Shown one piece after another: positions 17,102-27,018 of a DNA stretch of 64,000 nt. A program made the translations under genes and the position numbers. The notes beneath the pieces were generated by a model. The model did not search any database. It was given only the letters and a program-made list of their open reading frames with translations, and was not told the DNA's origin. The DNA is from an uncultured bacterium. Lineage in GTDB: Bacteria; Omnitrophota; Omnitrophia; Omnitrophales; Aquincolibacteriaceae. The stretch is from positions 26,130 through 90,129 of the forward strand of contig CAYLPP010000005.1 of NCBI GenBank assembly GCA_964385615.1, given 5' to 3'. The stretch's first letter is position 1; each line of letters opens with the position of its first letter.

Positions 17102-17995
17102 ATGAGAGAAATGCCTTTAATTTCCTTTGTCATTCCGACGTTTAACCGGGCGCTATTTCTTGAAATCGTGCTTAAGGATCTGATCGCGGAGCGCCGTCTT
17201 TATTATCCCAATATGGAAATTATCGTGGTCGACGGAGGTTCCAAAGACGGCACGGCGGAAATGCTTAAAAATTATGAGAGTGAATTATCTTGCTGGGTTT
17301 CAGAGCCGGATAAAGGGCCTGGAGACGCTTTCAAAAAAGGGATTCAGAAAGCGAAGGGGGATTTTATCCGCTACATGTCTGATGACGACCGCATTATTCC
17401 GGGGTGCACCCGGAAAATGATGGAAATCATGTTGAGCCGTCCGGATTTCGATATCGTGGGCGGGGGAGTTAAATCGGTGTATTTGTCCAAGTCGGGCGAA
17501 TTGATTCCTTGCCTGGATTTTACTCCGGCCGGAGATGTCGCTTTATCCAAAGCGGCCGCGCCTGATTTGAACGGTTTTATCGTGCCGGAAGCTTGTTTGT
17601 TTCGGAAGAAACTTTTCAGCGAAATCGGTTACTGGAAGCCGAACATGATGGCTTGTGACGCTGAGTTTTTTCTCCGGACTTTAAAAAAAGGCCGGAAAAT
17701 TTTTATGGCGGATGAAGTTTATCTCCATAAATATTGGCACGACGATTCCACGGTTCTCAAAAGATTGGGCCGTATGCGGACAAGCATCTTTGAAGCGATT
17801 GCTCAAAACGCGGGCGTTATACCGGCCTCAGCTTATTATTACCGCGTTGTGATCGGGCCATGGCTTGAACCCAAAAGAAAATGGATGAAGGAGCATATTT
17901 ACCGCCCGCTTTTGATTTTAGCGGCAAAACCGTTTCACAAGCTGGGACTCCATCCCGTGCGCTTTCTGGAACGTATCAAGAAAAAGCGCTCATGA
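17102..17995 (+). CDS. Glycosyltransferase family 2
   Basis: SFVIPTFNRALFL … VVDGGSKDGT … DDD. GT-A fold N-terminal signature. Confidence 0.8.
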   Translation: MREMPLISFVIPTFNRALFLEIVLKDLIAERRLYYPNMEIIVVDGGSKDGTAEMLKNYESELSCWVSEPDKGPGDAFKKGIQKAKGDFIRYMSDDDRIIPGCTRKMMEIMLSRPDFDIVGGGVKSVYLSKSGELIPCLDFTPAGDVALSKAAAPDLNGFIVPEACLFRKKLFSEIGYWKPNMMACDAEFFLRTLKKGRKIFMADEVYLHKYWHDDSTVLKRLGRMRTSIFEAIAQNAGVIPASAYYYRVVIGPWLEPKRKWMKEHIYRPLLILAAKPFHKLGLHPVRFLERIKKKRS

Positions 17996-18891
17996 GTCCG
18001 GGCTCCATCAAAATTTCGGCAGTGATCTGCACCCGCAACCGGAAAGATCCGCTGTTAAAGGCATTGGAACAGCTCCGGCGTCAGACTCTGCCTGAAGAGA
18101 GTTATGAAATCCTGGTCGTTGATAACGGTTCAACGGACGGCACCGCGCAGATGATTCAAAGCCGTTTCGCGGACGCCCGCAATTTGAGAATGGTTTTTGA
18201 ACCTCAAGCCGGACTTTCCCGTGCGCGAAACAGGGGGTGGCGTAATGCCCGCGCCGGCTATGTGGCTTATCTGGATGACGACGCGGAAGTTGAGCCGGCG
18301 TGGCTCGAAAATATTCTCAAGGCTTTTGAAAACTCCGGCGCCCAAGCCTCCTGCATCGGAGGACCTGTTGAAGTTGTGCTCGAAAGCCGGCCGGATTGGT
18401 TTAGTAATGAGCTTTTGTCCTGTTACGCCTCCCTAAATTGGGGGAGCCAGTCTTTTTATCTTTCCGAAAATCAGTGGCTGGTGGGCGCGAATATGGCTTT
18501 TCGCAAAGACGCGCTGGAGCGTATCGGCGGATTTTTGGAAGACCTGCGTTATTACGGCGACGAGACGTATGTTTTCCGGAGAATTTTTCAAACAGGCGGA
18601 AAAATATTTTATGAACCGTCCATGAAAGCCCGGCACCATATTTCGAATCTCCGGATTTCCCGGAAGTGGATTTTGAAAAAATGGTTTTGGGAAGGCGCAG
18701 CGCTTGCTTTTCTGGAGATTCACTTCAATGCCATTCCCGCGCGCGCGCGGTTCGATCTTTTCATAAAGCAAGTGCCCGGAGCTCTCAAGCTTTTGTTTAA
18801 AAATTGCCGGAATACCGGAAACTTTCACGAAAAAGCTCCGCTGTTTAAACAAACGGGATTTCTGGCGGGACTTGCGGGATACCGTCAATGA
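17992..18891 (+). CDS. Glycosyltransferase family 2
   Basis: ISAVICTRNRKDPL … ILVVDNGSTDGT … YLDDDAEV. The internal ATG 17992 overlaps the upstream stop (ATGA). Confidence 0.8.
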   Translation: MSPGSIKISAVICTRNRKDPLLKALEQLRRQTLPEESYEILVVDNGSTDGTAQMIQSRFADARNLRMVFEPQAGLSRARNRGWRNARAGYVAYLDDDAEVEPAWLENILKAFENSGAQASCIGGPVEVVLESRPDWFSNELLSCYASLNWGSQSFYLSENQWLVGANMAFRKDALERIGGFLEDLRYYGDETYVFRRIFQTGGKIFYEPSMKARHHISNLRISRKWILKKWFWEGAALAFLEIHFNAIPARARFDLFIKQVPGALKLLFKNCRNTGNFHEKAPLFKQTGFLAGLAGYRQ

Positions 18892-18904
18892 TAAAGCGGT
18901 TAGA

Positions 18905-20128
18905 ATGCGGATTCTGATCGTCACGGAATTGTTTCCGCCTCATTATTTCGGCGGAGCTGAAGTCTGCTGCGGAGAGATGGCTGAAATCCTGAAATCGCAG
19001 GGCCACGATGTTCATGTTTTAACAAGCCGTCCGCCTTCGGGCTTAGCCGAGAAAAACGAAGCGGTGAACCGGGTTTTGATCCGGTCGTTTCCCTGGAGGC
19101 GTTATCCGGAAAACAGCTCACAGTTAAAAGAAATGTTTTTGAGAGAAATAACCAATCAAAGTATTTTTAAACAGGCTGTTCGCCGCCTTCGCCCGGACTG
19201 CGTTTATTTCTGGAAGCTGGACACAATATCGCTTTCCCTCCCTCAAGTTTTGGACCGCAGGGTGAAAGCCGTTCACTTTGTTTTTGACACATTCTCTTTT
19301 GAGTGGTGGCTGGATGCCTGGCGTCTTTTTTGGGCTAAAAAGCCGGTTCTCGTTCACAATCGGTTATTTAAAAAAATTTTAAAGCGGATTCTGAATCTTT
19401 TGGGTTTCGCAATTCCCGAAAACCCGTATGAATTTAGAAACGCGCATTTTGCCAGCCAGTTTTTGAGAGATGGAAACCCTACCCGGATTTTAAATCCCGA
19501 AAACACGCGCGTCATTCATTGGGGGGTAAATCTCGGCCGTTTTTATCCGGCACCCGCTTCTGGAAATGAATGCCGAATTTTATACACGGGCAGAATTATT
19601 GAGCACAAAGGGATCGATACAGCGGTCAACGCTTTCAAGAAAGTTGCCGCTGTTCATCCGGAATGCACACTCACGATTGTAGGTGCGAATGATGACCCTC
19701 CGTATGAAAAAGGCCTGCGTCAATGGGTTCAGCGGGAAGGGTTGGAAGAAAAAATCGTTTTTAAGGGTTTTATCGACCGGCGCGGGCTGGCTGAAATTTA
19801 CAGAGAGCACGGTATTTTTATTTTTCCGTCTTTGGTTGAAGAGGGGTTTGGAATGACTCTTTTGGAAGCGATGGCTTCAGGCCTCGCGGTTGTAACTAGC
19901 GCTCAGGGGGGGAGTTTGGAAATTGGGAACGGGGAAACCGACTGTCTTTTTTTTGAAAAAGCAAACGCGGATGCCTGCGCGAAGCAAGTTCTTCGCCTCC
20001 TAAATGATCGGGCATTTTGTTCCAGGGTTCGAGCGGAGGCTCGAAAGACTGTCGAAGCAAAATTTAGCAGTATCAAGCTGGAGCAAACGGTTCAGGAAGC
20101 TTTTGAAGCTTTGAGCTCACGCGGATGA
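18905..20128 (+). CDS. Glycosyltransferase family 4 (GT-B)
   Basis: MRILIVTELFPP N-terminus. The C-terminal EGFGMTLLEAMASG motif gives the E-x7-E donor-binding site. Confidence 0.8.
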   Translation: MRILIVTELFPPHYFGGAEVCCGEMAEILKSQGHDVHVLTSRPPSGLAEKNEAVNRVLIRSFPWRRYPENSSQLKEMFLREITNQSIFKQAVRRLRPDCVYFWKLDTISLSLPQVLDRRVKAVHFVFDTFSFEWWLDAWRLFWAKKPVLVHNRLFKKILKRILNLLGFAIPENPYEFRNAHFASQFLRDGNPTRILNPENTRVIHWGVNLGRFYPAPASGNECRILYTGRIIEHKGIDTAVNAFKKVAAVHPECTLTIVGANDDPPYEKGLRQWVQREGLEEKIVFKGFIDRRGLAEIYREHGIFIFPSLVEEGFGMTLLEAMASGLAVVTSAQGGSLEIGNGETDCLFFEKANADACAKQVLRLLNDRAFCSRVRAEARKTVEAKFSSIKLEQTVQEAFEALSSRG

Positions 20129-21303
20129 AAATTCTGGTAGTTACTAATTTGTATCCGCCGATTTTCCTGGGTGGTTACGAGTTAGCTTGCCAGGAGGTTT
20201 GTTCTTTTATGCGGTCAAGAGGGCATCAAGTCTCTATTTTAACCAGTTCCTGGAATGTTCCGGCCTCTTTAAAAGAAGAAGATGTCCAAAGACGGTTAAA
20301 ATTTCGGCTTTGGTTTGAGCCGTCCGCCTCAAGATTAAAAAAATGGGCCGGATATTTTTTCAACCGCCGAATCTTTCAAAAGGTTTTAAAAGAAAAAAAG
20401 CCTGATCTGATTATCGCTTTTTCTCTTTCAACCCTGGGAGGGCTGCTGATTGACGCTTTACACCGTCAGCCGGTTCCCGTGGTTCACGAGATCGGGGATA
20501 CGGCATTGGCTGATGAATACAAAATTCACCCCTGGTTTGTTCTCTGGGCCAGGTCAGAATTTTTAAGTCACGCTTTTTCAAATTTATTCGGTTTTAAAAA
20601 ACCCGAATTGAATCTTCGGCGGTCTTATTTTCGAAGCGCGTATTTAAAAAATTTTTTTTCTGAAAAAAATTTTGAAGTTTTATCCGCTCCGGTTTTTCAT
20701 CATGGAATCCGCCGTTTTGAAAAACGGCCGTTTTCTGAAAAACTTCGAGGTGTTCTGTATCTTGGGCGGATAAGCCCTGAAAAAGGCATTCATGTTTTTT
20801 TTAAAGCTCTTGAACAGGTTAAAAACGCGTCTTGCCTGAAAGGAGTGCCGATTACCATCGCGGGCGGTGCTGTTAATAAGGAATATGAAGCCGGCCTGAT
20901 GAAGCAGGCTGAAAATTTAAAAGGGCGGCTGGACATTCGTTTCACCGGACATTTAGAGAAAGATAAAGCTATTGAAGTTTTGAGGCAGCATGACATTCTT
21001 GTTTTTCCATCGACCTGGGATGAGCCTTTCGGTCTCGCACCTCTGGAAGCGGCGGCTAATGGGCTCGCTGTCATTACAACGGCTACCGGCGGAGCGGGGG
21101 AAGTGATTCAGAATGAAATTAATGGTCTGCATGTGCGGCGGGAAGATCCAGAGGCGATCGCTCAGGCGCTGATTCGTCTCGCGGAGGATGGGGATTTGCG
21201 TAACCGGTTAATGGAAGCGGCTTATCGCCGCGCGGAGAGTTTTAATTGGGAATCAAGCATGGAGAAAGTGGAAGCGCATCTTTTGAAAGCGGCTGGTTTC
21301 TAA
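20125..21303 (+). CDS. Glycosyltransferase family 4 (GT-B)
   Basis: MKILVVTNLYPP … EPFGLAPLEAAANGLAVI. ATGA overlap with the preceding gene. Confidence 0.8.
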   Translation: MKILVVTNLYPPIFLGGYELACQEVCSFMRSRGHQVSILTSSWNVPASLKEEDVQRRLKFRLWFEPSASRLKKWAGYFFNRRIFQKVLKEKKPDLIIAFSLSTLGGLLIDALHRQPVPVVHEIGDTALADEYKIHPWFVLWARSEFLSHAFSNLFGFKKPELNLRRSYFRSAYLKNFFSEKNFEVLSAPVFHHGIRRFEKRPFSEKLRGVLYLGRISPEKGIHVFFKALEQVKNASCLKGVPITIAGGAVNKEYEAGLMKQAENLKGRLDIRFTGHLEKDKAIEVLRQHDILVFPSTWDEPFGLAPLEAAANGLAVITTATGGAGEVIQNEINGLHVRREDPEAIAQALIRLAEDGDLRNRLMEAAYRRAESFNWESSMEKVEAHLLKAAGF

Positions 21304-22569
21304 ATGGCGGGAGGGAAGAAAAAGGCTGTTATATTTTTTCCTTATAATCCCCACCCTTTTGCCAGCGGAAATCAAAAGCGGGTTTTAGAGATAATTAAGG
21401 CGCTTTCTTCAAAAAGGTTTGAGGTTTATTTCCTGAGCGCGGATTTTTTTGGGCAATCCTGGAATGAAGCGGGGTGCAAAAGTCTTGAAGAAATGGGTGT
21501 GAAGGTTTCGGTTTATCCGATGTCAGCCTGGGAGAGAAAGTGGGTCCATTGGGTGCTTCAGCGTTACAACAAGGATGAAAAGCTTATTTTACGTACGTTT
21601 CATTTGAAGCCGCCTTTCATGAAACGGTGGTTTTTAAGAAAAGTTTTGGAAATTCAGCCTGAAGCCATTTGGGTGCATTACGCCTATTGGGGAGATTTCT
21701 TGAAAAAAGTTCCCGCAAGCATGGTTAGAACTATAGAAAGCAATGATCTCATTTCAACCAGCGACTGGCTTAGGCGGAGGCTGGAGGTTTTTATCCCGCC
21801 GGGCGGAAAAATCAGACGGGAAAATTTTGAAAGTATGCCCGATTTTCTCTGGGATGAAAAATATTGGGAGAGTCAGGCCGGCCGGACGGATCCCTATGAA
21901 TTTAAAATTTATGATAACGCTGACTGCACAGTGGCTATTTCTAAGGCGGAAGCAGAAATGATCCGGCGGAATACCTCCAGGACGCGGGTTGTTTATGTGC
22001 CGCATTACCAGCCCGCGGTCTCCATTGAAAACCGCTATGAAGGCCCGGCGCTTTTCCCTTCCGGAAACCATGTGTTTAATTTTCACGGCTATTTTTATTT
22101 TATTAAGAAAGTATGGCCTCTGATTCGGCAAGCTCAGCCCGATTTTAAAGTTCAAATGACCGGAAATGCCCGCGATCTGTTTTTTGACGAAGATGGAATC
22201 GAGAAGCTCGGTTTTCTCCCGGATCTTCAAAAGCTGTACGCGGAAAGCTGTTTTGCCGTTTGCCCGATTATTTCCGGAACAGGTCAATCTCTGAAGATTG
22301 TTGAAGCGATGGCGCACGGGCTTCCGGCCGTCGCGACCCGGTTTACCGCCGTGAATTCTCCGATTGTTCATGGAGAGAATGGATTTATAGCTGAGGACGC
22401 GGAAACTTTTTCAGAATATTGTGTCCGTTTATGGAAAGACCGGGATTTATGCCGGAAAATGGGAGAGGCTGCCCGCCGGACGATTCAGGATGAATATAAG
22501 AAGTGGAATTATGAAAGCAAAATCGAGGAAATTATTTCTCCTCGCGCGGGAAAGGCGGAGAGAAGTTGA
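21304..22569 (+). CDS. Glycosyltransferase, GT-B fold (GT4-like)
   Basis: The C-terminal GQSLKIVEAMAHGLPAV is a GT4-like donor-binding helix. Confidence 0.6.
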   Translation: MAGGKKKAVIFFPYNPHPFASGNQKRVLEIIKALSSKRFEVYFLSADFFGQSWNEAGCKSLEEMGVKVSVYPMSAWERKWVHWVLQRYNKDEKLILRTFHLKPPFMKRWFLRKVLEIQPEAIWVHYAYWGDFLKKVPASMVRTIESNDLISTSDWLRRRLEVFIPPGGKIRRENFESMPDFLWDEKYWESQAGRTDPYEFKIYDNADCTVAISKAEAEMIRRNTSRTRVVYVPHYQPAVSIENRYEGPALFPSGNHVFNFHGYFYFIKKVWPLIRQAQPDFKVQMTGNARDLFFDEDGIEKLGFLPDLQKLYAESCFAVCPIISGTGQSLKIVEAMAHGLPAVATRFTAVNSPIVHGENGFIAEDAETFSEYCVRLWKDRDLCRKMGEAARRTIQDEYKKWNYESKIEEIISPRAGKAERS

Positions 22570-23714
22570 TGGAAGGCATGAATTATCATCTTGCCGTGAT
22601 CGCTGAAGACGGCCGCTCTTGGGCTGGCGGAGAGGTTTACCTTCGAAATATGATAACGGCGCTGAAGGTTTCAAAAAATGGAAAAAAAGCAAAGATTACG
22701 GTTTTATATTTCCCCGGCCGGACACTCGAACAAATTCAAAGAAGTTACCCTGAGGCGGATGCTTTTATCGAAATGCCCGGCGGGCGGGGAGTTATCAATT
22801 TTTTAAGGAAAATCAAACTGAACTTCTGCAAACTTAAAACCGTGAACGCGGTCATGGGAACTTTCCGGCCGGAATTTTTTAAAAAAATTCCCTTTTTGTG
22901 CTGGATCCCAGATTTACAGTATGTCAGCATGCCTGAGCTTTTTTCGAATTCGGAACGAATCCGTCAGCATGAACTTAATCGGAGCCGGGTTCAAAGCGCC
23001 CATATGATTACGGTGACGAGCCGGACGGTTCTCGATGATATGCGGGGTTGCTTCCCGGAAGGTGTTTTGAAAACGAGACTTTTGGAGCCGGTAAATCTGG
23101 TTCCTGAAACCGTTTATGAGCAGGACCCGGCTGAAATAGCCCAAAAATACGGACTTCCTGAGAAATTTTTTCATATGCCGAACCAGTTTTGGGCGCATAA
23201 AAATCATGAAATGGTTTTGGAAGCCCTTTCTCTTCTTAAAAAAGATCATCCGGATATTTGCGTTGTCTGCACCGGCCGGCCGTACGAATTCCGGGATCCT
23301 GCTTTTTTTAACCGTCTCTTGACTCAGGTTTCGCTTAAGGGTGTAAGATCACAATTTGTGCTTTTGGGTCATATCCCGGGAAAAGATATGTTCGCGCTCA
23401 TGCGCCAGTCTATCGCTCTTCTTCAGCCGTCGCTTTTTGAAGGCTGGAGTAATTCCGTTGAAGAGGCCAGAACTTTAGGGAAAACCGCTATTGTTTCGGA
23501 TTTACCCGTGCATCGGGAGAAAAAAATTCCGGGAGCTGTTTTTTTTGATCCGAAAAACGCAAAACAGCTGGCGGATATTTTGAAAGAGCTTCATTTGAAG
23601 AAAAAATTCGGACCCGACCTAAGTATGGAAAAGCAAGCCCGCGCGGAGCTTCCGGAGCGGATTGAGGTTTTTTCGGAAAAATTTATGGGAATTTTAAATG
23701 AAATCAAAAAATAA
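22566..23714 (+). CDS. Glycosyltransferase family 4 (GT-B)
   Basis: EGWSNSVEEARTLGKTAI C-terminal motif. ATGATG overlap with the preceding gene. Confidence 0.7.
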   Translation: MMEGMNYHLAVIAEDGRSWAGGEVYLRNMITALKVSKNGKKAKITVLYFPGRTLEQIQRSYPEADAFIEMPGGRGVINFLRKIKLNFCKLKTVNAVMGTFRPEFFKKIPFLCWIPDLQYVSMPELFSNSERIRQHELNRSRVQSAHMITVTSRTVLDDMRGCFPEGVLKTRLLEPVNLVPETVYEQDPAEIAQKYGLPEKFFHMPNQFWAHKNHEMVLEALSLLKKDHPDICVVCTGRPYEFRDPAFFNRLLTQVSLKGVRSQFVLLGHIPGKDMFALMRQSIALLQPSLFEGWSNSVEEARTLGKTAIVSDLPVHREKKIPGAVFFDPKNAKQLADILKELHLKKKFGPDLSMEKQARAELPERIEVFSEKFMGILNEIKK

Positions 23715-25014
23715 AGAACGGGTCTACATTCTTGGCGGCGGAGTCACCGGTTTGGCCGCGGGGATTGCTTCCGGCGTCAAAGTTTTTGAAAAAACCGCTT
23801 CGCCGGGCGGAATCTGCTCCTCGTATTACGTAAGAAAAGGTTCAAAGAAAAGGCTTCCCGAACCGCCGAAGAACGCGGAAGCTTACCGGTTTGAAATCGG
23901 CGGAGGGCACTGGATTTTCGGCTGTGACGGTGAAACCGCGAAATTCCTTTCCCGGTTCTGCAGTTTTAAGAAATACAGCCGGCGTTCGTCGGTTTTCTTT
24001 TCCCGAAATAAAATCCGGCTTCCTTACCCGCTCCAGGAACACGCGGAGCTTCTCGGGAAACCGGTTTTCGAAAAGATTCTTCGTGAAAAGAAAAGAGGTT
24101 TTCATCGGAAAATCAGAACCATGGCGGATTGGCTGGAAGCTTCTTTCGGAAAAACTCTTTGTAAGCTTTTCTTTTTCCCTTTTCATGAAAAATACACGGA
24201 TGGGCTTTACCGGAAAATTGCTCCGCAAGACGCTTATAAGTCGCCTCGATTGGGAAGAGCTAATCAGGCAAAGAAAAAACCCGCCGGCTACAACCCCGAT
24301 TATTTTTACCCTTCCAAAGGTTTAGGGTATTTGTGCGCGGGACTGGCTTCCGGATGCCGGATTGGATACGGGAAAAAGGCGGTGCGTATTGATTCTAAGA
24401 AAAGAATCGTTTGGTTCTCAGACGGCACAAAAATTTCTTATGACAGGCTTGTTTCAACCCTGCCGTTGAACCGTATGCTGGAACTGACAGGGCTTAAAAC
24501 CGGAGAAAAACCCGCGCCTTTTACTTCTGTTCTGGTTTTAAATATTGGAGCTGAACGGGGAGTTTCCTGCCCTCCGGATCACTGGCTCTATGTGCCGGAT
24601 ACAAAGTCCGGATTCAGCCGCGTTGGTTTTTATAGTAACGTCGATACCGGGTTTTTACCGCTTTCGGCAAGAGTGAAAAAAAATCGGACCAGCATTTATG
24701 TGGAGAAAGCTTTCGCAAACGGGCGGAAACCTTCAGAAGCGGAAATAAAACGGTATTCAGCTGAAGCCGTGCGCGAACTTCAATCATGGGGCTGGATTGG
24801 TAAAACGGAAGTTGTGGATCCGACATGGATTGACGTGGCTTACACCTGGTCTTATCCGGATTCCGGCTGGACGAAAAAAGCAATTGATGTCTTGGAGCGG
24901 CGGGACATTCATCCGCTTGGCCGTTACGGCCGCTGGCATTTTCAGGGGATCGCGCAATCTATTCGGGACGGTCTTGAAGCTGGGCGTGTGTTGAAGGGAA
25001 GGAAGAATGCCTAA
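23698..25014 (+). CDS. NAD(P)/FAD-dependent oxidoreductase (amine-oxidase/UDP-galactopyranose-mutase-like fold)
   Basis: N-terminal YILGGGVTGLAAG dinucleotide-binding motif and FEKTASPGGICSSY. Function uncertain. Confidence 0.5.
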   Translation: MKSKNKERVYILGGGVTGLAAGIASGVKVFEKTASPGGICSSYYVRKGSKKRLPEPPKNAEAYRFEIGGGHWIFGCDGETAKFLSRFCSFKKYSRRSSVFFSRNKIRLPYPLQEHAELLGKPVFEKILREKKRGFHRKIRTMADWLEASFGKTLCKLFFFPFHEKYTDGLYRKIAPQDAYKSPRLGRANQAKKKPAGYNPDYFYPSKGLGYLCAGLASGCRIGYGKKAVRIDSKKRIVWFSDGTKISYDRLVSTLPLNRMLELTGLKTGEKPAPFTSVLVLNIGAERGVSCPPDHWLYVPDTKSGFSRVGFYSNVDTGFLPLSARVKKNRTSIYVEKAFANGRKPSEAEIKRYSAEAVRELQSWGWIGKTEVVDPTWIDVAYTWSYPDSGWTKKAIDVLERRDIHPLGRYGRWHFQGIAQSIRDGLEAGRVLKGRKNA

Positions 25015-25894
25015 GGTCAGCGTCGGCATTCCTGTTTATAACGCCGAAGCGTATATTGGCGCGGCGGTTCAAAGCGTTCTAAATCAGACGCTGAAAGATT
25101 TTGAATTAATTATCACGGATGATCAGTCGACTGACCGGACACCGGAAATTATTCAAAAATTTTCAGATCCCAGAATCCGCTATTACCGCAACGAGAAGCG
25201 TTTGGGACCTCCGGGTAATTTCAACCGATGCATCAAACTCGCGGACAGTGAATACATTTCTATCTTTCACGCGGACGATCTAATGGAACCTGAAAATCTG
25301 GAGAAGAAAAAAGCGTTTCTGGATTCAAATCCGGAGGCTGGATTTGTTCACAGTAATATTTTCCGGGTCGATTCCGCAGGGAAGGTGCTGGGAGAGCATT
25401 GGCATTGTCCGGCCGAAAAGGACACGTTATTTACCGGGAAAAAAGTTTTTCTGGAATTGTTTGACGGCATTAATTTTATTTGCGCGCCGTCGGTCATGAT
25501 GCGCCGTGAATGCTTCCGGCGTACCGGAAAATTTGAAGAAACCCTGCTTCACGCGTGCGATTGGGAGATGTGGATGAAGACTGCGCTTTTTTTTAAGGTG
25601 GGGTATCTGGCCGAGCCTCTCGTCCGCTACCGTGTTCATGAACAGATGCATTCCGGGACTTACTTCGGTTATTTAAAAGGCGAAGAGGAGTACCTTCAGA
25701 CAAAAGTCCTTATTTTAAAAAAATATGAAAAAGATATTCCGGAGTCTGAAAAACTCAAGAGAAAGATGCTTAAAACAGCAGCGCTTCGAGGACTTGATTT
25801 TTCTCTCGCCCGGTTCTCTGAAAAAAAATACCGGGAAGGTTTTAAGCTTTTAATGTTTTCAATTAAAAAAGCGATGAGATTTATTAATTCGTGA
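25007..25894 (+). CDS. Glycosyltransferase family 2
   Basis: VSVGIPVYNAEAYIGAAVQSVLNQT … IITDDQSTD … HADD. Confidence 0.8.
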   Translation: MPKVSVGIPVYNAEAYIGAAVQSVLNQTLKDFELIITDDQSTDRTPEIIQKFSDPRIRYYRNEKRLGPPGNFNRCIKLADSEYISIFHADDLMEPENLEKKKAFLDSNPEAGFVHSNIFRVDSAGKVLGEHWHCPAEKDTLFTGKKVFLELFDGINFICAPSVMMRRECFRRTGKFEETLLHACDWEMWMKTALFFKVGYLAEPLVRYRVHEQMHSGTYFGYLKGEEEYLQTKVLILKKYEKDIPESEKLKRKMLKTAALRGLDFSLARFSEKKYREGFKLLMFSIKKAMRFINS

Positions 25895-27018
25895 CTCCCA
25901 TGAAAATCGCATTAGTAAATGAAAAATGGACTGCCGGCGCGACCCGGTGCGCCCGGGATATGGAAAAATTTTTAATCCGCGAGGGACACGAGGTGCGTTA
26001 CTACCCTCAAAAAGCACTTGAGAGGGAAGCGGATATCCTGGCGGATCTCAAAAAGTTTTCTCCGGATGTTGTTCACGCGCATTCTTATTACGGGGATTTT
26101 TCTTACGGCTTCATCCGGGAACTGGCCTCTCGTTACCCTGCGGTATTTACGCCTCATGATCCCAGGCCGGCCGGTACGATGGAGACTGTGTGTTGGGACT
26201 GTGCCAGCTATCAAACCTGCTGGAATTGTCCGTTGGTTCCGGGGATCCTTCGCCGTTGGAATCCGCTCACCAACGGCTATTTCCGTTTGAGGCTTAAAAA
26301 GAAACTCACGCATTTCCTCCTGCCTTCCCGGTTGAAGATCGCCGTGCCGAGCGTTTGGATGCGCGAGAGACTTCAGCGGACTGAATTGAGCCGGTTTTCG
26401 ATGACGCATATTCCTTACGGAATCGACACCGAGTTTTTCCGGTTTCATCCCGGATCGAAACAGAGGCTGGGTTTCGGCGAAAATTCAAAAATAGTTTTAT
26501 TTGTATCGCATCCTTCCGGGCCGGGCATCAATAAGCGTAAAGGGCTGGATATTCTTAGTCAGGCATTTGTATCAAAAATTGTTCCGCAATTTCCGGAAGC
26601 TATGCTGGTCATCGCGGGTGAAAGTGCCGTTCCGAATCATCCCGCCATTCGAGGGGTAGGGATGATTTCTCAGGAACAGCTTCCTTTCTATTATTCAGCG
26701 GCGGATGTTTTGGCCTGCCCTTCCCGCGCGGACAATTTGCCTTATACCATTCTGGAGGCTATGGCTTGCGGAATCCCGGTTGTGGGGGCGCGTGTCGGCG
26801 GTATTCCCGAACAGATTGAAGAAGGGGTCACGGGTTTTTTGGTACCGAAGGAAAACCCGGACGCGTTGAGTGAAGCTTTGCTCCGTCTGCTTCGCGATCC
26901 CGAAGCGTCTCTTCGGATGGGCCGTGCCGGCCGGGCGAAGGCCGAAAGGTGTTTTTCCATGAAAGCGTTTACTGAAAAATACGAAACAATTTACCGGGAA
27001 GCGGCGGGGCTCGCGTGA
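25891..27018 (+). CDS. Glycosyltransferase family 4 (GT-B)
   Basis: DNLPYTILEAMACGIPVV C-terminal motif. Start is GTG 25891 or ATG 25900. Confidence 0.75.
   Translation: MTPMKIALVNEKWTAGATRCARDMEKFLIREGHEVRYYPQKALEREADILADLKKFSPDVVHAHSYYGDFSYGFIRELASRYPAVFTPHDPRPAGTMETVCWDCASYQTCWNCPLVPGILRRWNPLTNGYFRLRLKKKLTHFLLPSRLKIAVPSVWMRERLQRTELSRFSMTHIPYGIDTEFFRFHPGSKQRLGFGENSKIVLFVSHPSGPGINKRKGLDILSQAFVSKIVPQFPEAMLVIAGESAVPNHPAIRGVGMISQEQLPFYYSAADVLACPSRADNLPYTILEAMACGIPVVGARVGGIPEQIEEGVTGFLVPKENPDALSEALLRLLRDPEASLRMGRAGRAKAERCFSMKAFTEKYETIYREAAGLA

Noticed and set aside
21754-22371. 205-aa minus-strand ORF, along with many other antisense ORFs of 60-190 aa (for example 40951..41496, 49851..50411, 60311..60787, 60889..61392, 61319..61816, 13433..13639)
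   Set aside because: Each lies entirely inside a strongly supported sense-strand gene with clear family motifs. None has a recognisable domain signature, and all are compositionally odd (Arg/Pro/Gly-rich) or low-complexity. They are typical shadow ORFs.
23698-25014. Confident call of UDP-galactopyranose mutase (Glf)
   Set aside because: Only the N-terminal dinucleotide-binding motif and overall size are visible by eye. I could not recognise Glf-specific active-site blocks, so it is kept as a generic flavoprotein oxidoreductase with Glf as one hypothesis.
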